Assembly (NCBI GenBank): GCA_964016885.1
Contig: OZ024740.1
Span: 332,506,001-332,570,000 of the forward strand
Source of the DNA: Eledone cirrhosa
Lineage: Eukaryota
DNA: 64,000 nucleotides
Reading direction: 5' to 3'
Shown: positions 53,772 through 64,000 of the stretch, piece by piece
Layout of the letters: each line of letters opens with the position of its first letter
Position numbering within the stretch: the stretch's first letter is position 1
Translations under genes and position numbers: made by a program
The notes under the pieces: model-generated
What the model saw: only the letters and a program-made list of their open reading frames with translations
Databases searched by the model: none
Told to the model about the DNA's origin: nothing

Positions 53772-56700
53772 ATGACCCTCCCAAAGTATAACAATATCGG
53801 TTTCAACACACGATTTCAGATAAAGAATCTTGCTAAACAAATTCAGAAACGAAATATCGTAAGCCTTAGCCAGGCTAACAAGATACTGAAAACCACCATG
53901 TCTGTTGTCTACGAAAAACCATAACATCTCGACAACTACACTTCATAAAAGAATGTGCCTCGTCCCGAGTTTACACCAACACCATCAACACCGACGTAAG
54001 AAGATTACAACTCACCAAAAAACAAGCAGGTAGGCTAAAACGAACACTAATTCTAAACATAAAAAAGAAGATCTATAGAGAATTAAGTCATCAAGAAAAA
54101 CAAACGTAACCTAATACAAGAAATAGCTAGGATCACCACACCAAGAGAGAAACTAATATTTATAAGCCTTATACGTCCTGAAGAACAGTACATTACTCAA
54201 GAATGTGATAAGCACTTTAACAAGAAACTAAAGTGGCTTAAGCAGATAAAGCTAAATCAGGATACTATAGAGAATACCAATAGATATCCTGACAAAATTG
54301 ACGGTATAAATATGGCCGACACCTCATTAACAGATGAGTTCAACAACAACAACAACACAAATATATACGGCAACACAGGAATAGATGACGATGAGATATC
54401 TGTATTATGTCTACCTCCGAAATTTGTGACATTCAAGAAGGTAAAAATGATTAGTTGTCTGTCAGAAATAGAAAAATCATTTACAAAACTACGCTGGAGC
54501 CTCAAAAACAAAAACAAAAACAAAAGCAACAATATACGCACACACATATACAACACACATCCCAACAACAACAGACACACAGACACAAACAACAATAACA
54601 ACAACACACACACCAACAACAACAACAATAACAACATACCCAGAAACAACAACAACAGACACGCAGACACAAACAACAATAACAACACACACAACAATAA
54701 TAACACACACGGAGACAACAACAACACACATCAACAACAGCACACATCAACAACAACAACACACACACATTCAATGCCTCTCACCACCACCACAATCTTA
54801 ACAAACACACAGACACAGAAAACAAGTAATGACAGTAGCACAGAAATCACAGAAATAAGGGAAAGTAATAGGATTAAAAGGAGAGGGGAGACTAAGGACA
54901 AAGAAAATAACCAAGACGAACACACAGACACACAAAATAGGGTAGATAACAACAATGAGCCAGTGGAAAGAGACAGGAGTAATTATGAGAGACACAGAAA
55001 CAACCATGAGGATGTTGGTGGAAATAGAAATAGAAACACCGCAACTAACAATAACAATAGCACTAGTACACATAAAGCAGCAGCCTGGAACTCTACTTTT
55101 TATAATCCCTCCGATAAATCGTTCGACCTGCGACGAGCCCACGCCACGACTTTACCATTTAACAAACGCACGCAATTGCCGTCGCAGGTCGATGAACAAA
55201 CAGAAGCACTATTTAGTATAGCTAGATCCGAACTTAGAAATATTATAGAACAGTATAGCAAGAAGCATAATAGAATGGAGGCCCAGCAACTGGGAGAAAA
55301 ATCTGCAAATGGCTTGCGTAAACTCATGCAGCGCTCGCGTAATGGAGAGATAGCATGCTTTCCAACAGACAAGTCTAGCAGAATGTCGGTTGACAGCCTG
55401 CCAAACTACATCCAGGCAATGCAACCCCACATCACTAACACAAGAGAGGTAACACCACAGGAGCATGAGGATAGAGAAAAAGCCCTCAATGCCCATATGG
55501 TGACGTGGACGAATATAAGGCAGCCCAACAAAAGGACTGCCAACAACTTCCAGGCCTGGAACAATGACGTGCAGGCGTTGTATGGGCTTCGAAAAGACCA
55601 TAAAACGGGCAGTGACCCTGTCGCGGGACCACCAACACGGCCAGTCTGTGGAGCTAACATTGCTAGTAACTACAGACTGTCCTACTTCCTCTCCCTGATC
55701 ATACGCCCCATCATTGAAATGTCCCCAGATGTATGTGACAGCACGGAGGACCTCCTCAGCAGAATCGGCGTGAGTAACCGATATAGGGACCTAACAAACT
55801 GCATAATAGGTAGTATGGATGTTGTGTCCCTGTATCCATCTATTGACGTGGATTTTGCTGTGGAGAAATGCGTAGAAATGATCAGTGAGAGCAATGTTGA
55901 GTTCCGCGGGATTGATACCAGTGAGCTGGGACTCCTACTTAAACTTACCTATAGTAATAATTACCTAGACACATATGACCTTAGCAACCTGTGCCCTACA
56001 AGACCACCAAGAGGCAGACCACCTACCATTACCTCAATGGCCAAGAAAACCCACACAGATAGATGGAACGGGTGGACCAGAGCCATACGGACACCCGAAA
56101 ACCAGGATGAACTGAAGAAAATGATTGCACATGCGGTAGGGGCCAGCATAAAACTAACCCTTAAGGAACATATGTTCAAATTTAATGGAAAAACATATGC
56201 CCAAGAGGAAGGAGCAGCCATTGGTGTTAGCATTGCAGGCGACATAGCTAACTTCTTCATGGTATGGTGGGACAGTAGACTTAAACTTAAACTTAAAGAA
56301 CAATTAGAAGACCCCTTAACCCTGATAATGTACTCCCGCTACGTTGATGATATAAACATCGTAGTTAAGACACCCCCACTAGAGAACAGTCAGGAACTAG
56401 AGAAAAACACAAGGGAAAGCATCCAGCAAATAGCAAACTCCATCCACCAGAGCATTAGAGTTACTATAGACTACCCAAGTAAACACCCCAACCACCGATT
56501 ACCTTTACTAGACACAGAGCTCTGGTTAGATACCATTAACAACAAAAAATAAATCCTCCATTCCCATTATGCCAAACTTCCAAACATGACTTCCAAACAT
56601 CTGATCCACCGAAACTCGGCCGTTTCGGACCATACCAAAATCAACATACTGATTGCGGATTTGGTACGGGTGATGAGAAACGTGTCCCGCATGTGCAACC

Positions 56701-57476
56701 CGGAAGAACTAGAGAGATACATACAACACTTCATCCACCGTTTGCAGTTCTCTGGCTACAATCAGAGAGATAAAATCAGAGTGTATAGAGGAGCCAGAAC
56801 CAAATGGGAAAAAATGGTAAATAATGACATAAATGGGACCTGCCCCTTGTATAGGAGCAAATTTTGGAATAGAATAGAAAAAACTAGGAACAAGGCTAAT
56901 AGAATAAACTCATGGTATGATAGCAATAAATACCAGAGTGTAATGTTCATCGATACAACCCCTAGAGGTGAATTAGCTTACAAATTTAGAAGGGCCCTAA
57001 ATAAACATAAACTCAATATTAAGATAGTAGAAAGACCAGGTACCTCCGTAAAAACACTTATTAGCAAGACATACCCTTTTCAAAGACCCTCATGTATAGA
57101 TAAGAAATGTATAACCTGTAAAATAAGCCCCCATATTAACTGTAAAACTAGAAATGTAGTGTATAGCATAAGATGTACTGAAGGACAATGTAGAGACAAA
57201 AATATAGTGTACATAGGTGAGACAGCTCGTAGTGTAGGGGAACAGATAAATGAACACTGGCGAGACCTTCAAGATAGTAAAGAATCATCTGTACTCTACC
57301 AACATGCTAAAATAGAACACAAGGGTAAATTAGAGAACATAGAAATAAAAATAGAATCTACACACAGAAAAGACGCAATGTTCAGACAAATTACAGAAGC
57401 AATAAACATAAAAGAATTACAACCAACATTAAATAGAAAATATGAGTGGAACAGCAACATCACAACTTACAATTAA
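53772..57476 (+). pseudogene. PLE polyprotein (RT and C-terminal GIY-YIG), disrupted
   Basis: Starts MTLPKYNN; disrupted before 54312. 54312-56552 has TDKS, LYGLRKDHK, TRPVCGA, SMDVVSLYPSI, GAAIG and YSRYVDDI. After one in-frame TAA (56550-56552) come CITC, NVVYSIRC, YIGETARS, EH, RQITEA and PTLN. Confidence 0.93.
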
Positions 57477-57674
57477 GGACAAAATGAAAACACACACACA
57501 CATAGAACAAACAACCAACCAGTAACATGTAAATAAACAAATAAATAAATGAACATAAACACATATAGACACCCGGATGTGGCGCATGCGCAGACTGAGC
57601 ACACAACACACACAGAACAAAATGGCGTAGGACAGAACAAAGGAGAGGCACAGAAACAAAGAAAGGAATCCCCA

Positions 57675-57717
57675 GTCACTGAAGAGGTCACAGAGTGTGT
57701 GACGAAAGAACTATGAC
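57675..57717 (+). ncRNA. Minimal hammerhead variant (family F)
   Basis: GUCA CUGAAGA G GUCACA-GAGUG-UGUGAC GAAA GAAC UA UGAC. Predicted cut between 57713 and 57714. Confidence 0.85.
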
Positions 57718-57934
57718 AATATATAAACAACTATCTGGTTGTGGAACCAACCAACCAGAAATTTATAAATTTATAAATTTATTATAAATTTGTTATAATA
57801 AATTGAAGTGAAAGCAACTGGTGCGTGTGTTTCTTATTGGCAACATGACCCTCCCGAAGTATAACAATATCGGTTTCAACACACGATTTCAGATAAAGAA
57901 TCTTGCTAAACAAATTCAGAAACGATATATATAT

Positions 57935-58070
57935 ATCCAGAATTAGCCGTCGAAACGGCTTGAGCTCAGCTGTCGGGGTCTTACTGGTTCCTATTACCCA
58001 CTCTACTACCTCATGTATTGAGTACTTTGGTGCGTTATGGTCCACCTGGTTCCTTACCACATTTCCTTCG

Positions 58071-58074
<4 letters not shown>
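57935..58074 (+). mobile_element. Family A element, 5'-truncated at CCAGAATTAGCCGTC
   Basis: Shares the family A sequence; no inverted arm. Confidence 0.8.
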
Positions 58075-58150
<76 letters not shown>

Positions 58151-58213
58151 TTACATATATATATTTATATATATATATATTAATGTATATATATATATTT
58201 GTATATATATATG

Positions 58214-58287
<74 letters not shown>

Positions 58288-58589
58288 AATAACTTTTCTC
58301 AACTGTACGCATACAAGATTAGTATGTTTCAGTCTTACAATGCTTATGCAAATTAATCTTATAGAAACATGTTACTCAGTATAAATCGAAGCACTGAGAA
58401 TAACGCTTTAGTGTTAATTATATGAAGGGTGGTGGACTGACACAATCGTAAGATGATCAGACACTTATTTCTTAACATACTGGGTTCAAATCCCATTAAC
58501 GTAAACTTGGCATTTCATCCTTTCTTCTTTTTCTTCATCATAACCCACTTACTCTTGAGAGGGCCGTGGGGTAGATTGATCCTACGCTC

Positions 58590-59355
58590 CTTTCAGTGGG
58601 TCATCAATTGTGACCACCTAAACTCATGGATGTTATCCAACCATCTTTATCTGGGTCTACCTATGGGTCTCCTCTCAGTTGGCTTTGCTTGTAAAATCTG
58701 TCCAGCGATTCTTTCCTGATACATTCTAACAATATACTCATAGTATCAGAGATGTCATCTCTGAATTCGGAGAAATAGCGGCTCTAACTGGAATGATTCT
58801 CTGATTTCCGGACTATGCACTACATCGAGTAACGTTAGTTTAAAGTTCCGTCGGAGAAAATCCGTATTCGTTTTGTTACTACTCTAGATTCATAACCTTA
58901 AATAAGGGTTGGCACGAATGCTGAATTGAAGAGGGCAAATTGGATTTTACAGATACCTCCCTTCTGATTACCGAATGCTGAAGCTGGCGCATTTCTGCAG
59001 GAGCTCATGTAAATCTTGCACTTAATTCAGCCACTTTCTTTCCATCACACATTAACAGGGCTGCGAGGTACTTTAACTTCCCCACTTCCTTTAGTGAAAC
59101 TCCATTCACATGTTGGTGGCGCTACACAGGTTACCTTGATAGTAAGAGTGTCTCAGTTTTAGCAGCACTGATTTTCATTGCAGTCATGCAGCACACGGCA
59201 TCAAACCTATCATGTGCAAGTTGGAGATCACCTTCTGTTGCGTTAAATAACATGTCCTCTGCAAATTTCAGTCGACTAATTTATACCCACCCGTCGTGAT
59301 ACCACTTCCAACTCTGCTGCGCATGTCAATCCTGTTCAAGAAAATAATAAACAGG
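58590..59355 (-). pseudogene. Decayed RTE-clade RT and C-terminus
   Basis: LFIIFLNRI, SRLKFAEDM, VNGVSLKEVGKLKYL, EIRESFQLEPLFLRI, RMYQERIAGQILQAKPTERRPIGRPR*RWLDNI. Confidence 0.75.
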
Positions 59356-60385
59356 TCGATATATATAATGCCAGAAAACTAAGGGGCTAATCAACTTTGC
59401 TCTTCCCCAAAACGTTGGTCGTGTTTAAAAATTAAAAGGGATTAATTATACGAAATTTTCTGACATTAAAATTTATTTTATTTGCACCAAGAATGAAATG
59501 TGATAGTCATTGAAATTCAGTACTAATCATGTATATTTTAATAGAATTTGATAAATCTACGCAGTTGTAGTTCGATTTAGATTAATATTATACATTGAAT
59601 TTGTTTTGATTTGGCATAAAGCCAATTAAAAATGCATAACACACATTTGAATAGATTAACCTAAAATATTTCTATGCATTTTAGTGACTAAGTGGGTGAA
59701 GAAAGCAAACATCGAGATTTCAACATAGAAATCACAATCGCCAATCATTCGACCATAATCAATCTATGTCGGTTTCTAATGTCGTCCATCGTTATCCAAT
59801 AATAGACAAGTGATAAATGGCACGCATACTGCAGTTAGAGATGGATTCAAAGAGAGAATGGATCGTATAAGAAAAGCCCAGTTGCTGAAACAACCAACGC
59901 AATTTTATAAATCAATAATGCAAAATGGTATGAATAAACAATGATATAGGAGAAAAAATCGAATAATGACAACTTGAAAATAGCCATGTATTTCTAGTTA
60001 TAATATGGTGAAAAGTAGATAGAGTGATTGAGGGAAGGCGGTGTATTTACTCTGAGAGCCAATTCAGTGTACCGTATGATTAAATTAGATGTAATTCTAA
60101 CTAAAATACACACACGCAAACAAAAAAAAAACGGAATAATATATGCAGTAAAGTTTATTATGTTTCTTTAATGTTGGTAATACAATCATCTAATTCACTG
60201 TCACCTCACCAGAGGAGATAATTTTATAGATAATTCGATGAAATGCATAATGTCCAGAATGAAGCAGAGGGAGACGGGATAGTTCCTAATCACGGAAAAT
60301 GTGAAATTTGAATCCAATTATAAATAAATCAGTTTATTTTGCGTAAGTTTATGTATTTGTCGCTTTTTCCACCAACCTGACCGCA

Positions 60386-60447
<62 letters not shown>

Positions 60448-60780
60448 CCTCTCTCTCTCTCTCTCCCCCTCTCTCTCTCTCTCTCTCTCTATATCACGCT
60501 ATATATATATGTGTATGTGTGTAGCTACATGTGGGTTTGTAATGGCATATTGCACGTTCTCACATTCTCTTTCTGTGTATATATTTCACTAATACACCCA
60601 GTCTATATCATACCATGCATCGAGTACTTCTCTGATGTATGGTCTTCCTGGTTCCCGTACCGCAGAAGTGAGAGAGAGTGAGATAGAGAAGAAGAAGAAG
60701 AAGAAGAAGAAGAAGAAGAAGAAGAAGAAGAAGAAGAAGAAGAAGAAGAAGAAGAAGAAGAAGAAGAACGATGTGTATGC

Positions 60781-60835
<55 letters not shown>

Positions 60836-61878
60836 TAGATGCATGGTGCATTTCAGAGAGAGAGAGAAAGAGAGAGGGGGAGTGGGAGAGAATGAGATAA
60901 CGATAATAGTTTTGAAACGTAGGGAGCGTTTAAGCGTGAATAGAGTGAATGAAGATAAAAAATATGTGAAATTACATAAATTTTGTTTTGTCGCAGTAGA
61001 GCAAAATAAAGATTTGACTACGAGATACAATTACGTTATAGTCACTTTGGGTTTTACATTCTTTATGTCAAGAGGGTACAACATTGGGACCAAAAAATAA
61101 GAGATTATTTCTTACAAAACTCATACCATAAAATAAAATACAACTGAATGTGTGTATCATGATTTTTTGCAAACATTCCAAATATTAACGACTTCTATAG
61201 GTGCGCTTTATTATTTATTGTAAATATATATTGTACGTTGGATTGATTGGGACTAATCCATTCAGAAATCATACAATTTATGTTCCTATCGTTTCTCTTT
61301 ACCCTCTATATGTTTTGCGTTAAATGTATTGATGTTTTCTTTATAGGATATGAACAGATATAAATATATATCGTTTTGCTGCTGATGTTGTTTTTTCTAA
61401 TTTATATCCAATTCAAAACATATTTGGGCAACTGTGATAACATGCCCCAATAGATTAAATCCTAGGTTATAACAGATTTTATTCTGGAGGGGAGTATATT
61501 AGTTTACTACATGCTATGCCATGAGAAGATATGATACTATTATGTCTAGCTAGTTAGCTATCGCCCATATCTCTCTGCCCCTATCTCTCATTCACTCTCT
61601 TTCTTTTCCTCTTTATACACACACACACAAGCACGCACCCCCTCCCATATATATAAATATATATATATAATATAATATTAGGAATAAATCGAAGTTGTAG
61701 CTGCCATATAGAAGGTGCTATTCGAGTTGTTTGAGGTAATTACAAAACGCTCAATGATGCGTGAAGTTAGTACATTATCATCCAGAGTAAACGCCATAGT
61801 TAAAAAGTGTGACATTACGAAAAACAACCGAAGGCAGTGGCCATACATATATCACAGCAACGATAAATAAAGAAAGGT

Positions 61879-61953
<75 letters not shown>

Positions 61954-63669
61954 GTATATATATATATATATACGTTCGTTTTTAGAAGATTCTACAATGC
62001 AGATGGATAAATCTACGACTGACAAAATCAGGTGGCATTAGAAAGAAAGGGGGTAAGAAGGGGGGGGGGAGCAAATAAAAAGAGAAATGTAAAATGAAAG
62101 GAAAACCAGAGATGAAGTTACCTTGGAATCAATTTATTAGTTCCTATATTACGTATTTCTCATCCATCATCTGGAAGGAATTTCGGAGGTTCTCGTATAG
62201 TAATCTAAGTGACCGTGTCTTGCTAGTGTCATTCAAAGATCGTCAGGTTTAGCAGTCATAATTAAAGCGTGGATTGGAGTAACATGAAGGTTCCGCGCGT
62301 TGTGCGAGTGTTATTTTTAACAATAGCAAATACTTCAGATTATGAAGCTCATGTATGACGCATAGTTGTGTACTGTTCAGATATCTCAAGCAATGCTGCT
62401 GTTATAAAAGGATGGTCAGTCACTCCAAAATGAAGACAACCTCTCATGGATGCATGAAGCTAGCTCGTCTACTATATTCACTATCTACTCTTATTTGTAC
62501 GTGTGTGGGCTCTGCATCGCAGGTGTGACTGGTCTCCTATCAATTCAACAAAGATACTACCAACTCAGTTCTATTTTCTCTTCCCTCCATTAATATTGCA
62601 TCCACACAAAAGATTTGAATTAAGCAAAACATCCAATCCTTCTTTCCTGAATGTTGCTTGTCTACAAATATATCGCTAACCAGGTTTTTCCTGCAGCTGT
62701 TGACTTGCAACAGTAGAAAGTGAAAGTTGAAAGCCATCAATCTGGCGAAACCTGAAAGGTTGGTGATATCCAATGGCATAGACCATAATAGTAAAATTAG
62801 GCAGCAACAATATGTAATTTAAGGAGATAAAATGTAGGTTATCGTACGATTTAATAGAAAGAGCCGCGAAATATACCTCAAAACAGAGCCCAGCTACATA
62901 GTGGAGCACCGTACTGGACCGTGCATTTTTAGAGGAATCTGGATGACCATACAAGCTCAATAATGGCTTTTCTCGAAATAATAATAGAAAAAGATATACT
63001 CTAATGCCTCTGTTATGATTCTTATACTGACGCATAGCTAAGTCTCAGGAAAATTGTTCCACGAATTATGTTGCGAAAGCCAACATTCTGCTATCCATGA
63101 CATCGCTCTCAGTAGTGCGTTATACTCATCAAAGATAAAAACAGTTCCCTCTATTTGAATATAAAGAATACTTACTTAATTCAGGGATTTATCGGAAAAA
63201 ATCTCCCACTCGAAGAGGCACGTATTTTCATCTCTCTCCCTTTCCTTCTCTCCCATCTCTCTCTCTCTCCACACACACATAATCTATTCAAGCGAATTTA
63301 GATAAATGAGAGCTAAAAGTCTAATGGTTGTGAATCCCACTTTCCTGAAAGTTCAGCTATTGATTAGTAAAACAATCGACTTATGATATATTCAAAGGAA
63401 AGACAAGTCTTGCAAAAATAAATGAAACACGACATGTAGGGTTCACTGCACTGCAATGCATTTGGTGGAGCATTGTTGATGTAATATACGATATTCACGG
63501 ACATATATTGATTCAAAATGTGATACCAGTACTTATCCAATGTACTATTGCGTTCAAAAGCAATTAACTTTCTAAATCAGAGCAATTAAATTACATTTAA
63601 ATAAAGCTATCCATCACAAGAATAATAACTCATTATACAATCCACAGGAATAACAACTCGTAAAACAAT

Positions 63670-63743
<74 letters not shown>

Positions 63744-64000
63744 TTTATTGCTAAGGAAACAACAAAAATGATGGGCTACGCAGTTTTAAGATGCTATACT
63801 CTAAAATCGAAAATCATCTCGAAGGAAATAAGTATTGTCTCATTATCTGAAAGAAGTCATAAATTTCCTTTTTCTATTATAAAGATTGATGCGATCATTA
63901 ACGAAGAGGTATACGGCTTGACATTCTTCAGTGAATAACAACAACAACAACAGCAACAACAACAACAATATTGATAATAATAACAATTGTAATATTAATA

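Larger units (their letters stand above)
53637..57925 (+). mobile_element. Near full-length PLE family F with direct terminal repeats (53637-~53852 and 57714-57925)
   Basis: Direct repeats at both ends, ORF start inside the repeat (ATG at 53772), RT, GIY-YIG and a 3' HHR. Inserted in (TA)n. Confidence 0.95.

Noticed and set aside
56550-56552. Programmed readthrough or selenocysteine between RT and GIY-YIG
   Set aside because: The stop is TAA, not TGA, and the copy has other disabling mutations; a nonsense mutation is simpler.

Overview
AT-rich eukaryotic DNA with very dense microsatellites, most likely a cephalopod mollusc (inferred from an octopus-type tRNA SINE). Most listed ORFs are microsatellite artefacts. 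The only well-supported host feature is a 168-bp minus-strand exon (998-1165) resembling the start of an ionotropic glutamate receptor amino-terminal domain, so much of the window is probably intron or upstream DNA. The rest is retroelements, mostly inserted in (TA)n. There are at least 7-8 Penelope-like element (PLE) families, labelled here with my own letters: a near full-length copy at 52455-57925, a Naiad-like copy at 37510-40951 and a Neptune-like copy at 23693-26755. RTE-clade LINE fragments, an RTE-derived ~600-bp non-autonomous element and a tRNA SINE are also present. Nearly every PLE family carries its own minimal hammerhead ribozyme (HHR), often with recurring non-canonical cores: U.U at the base of helix II, an extra base after A9, or U4A. 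One element begins at its predicted ribozyme cleavage site, and several fold-back insertions pivot at the ribozyme. One ORF-less HHR family carries tandem copies of an unrecognised, covarying ~200-nt structured RNA. All folds were done by eye.
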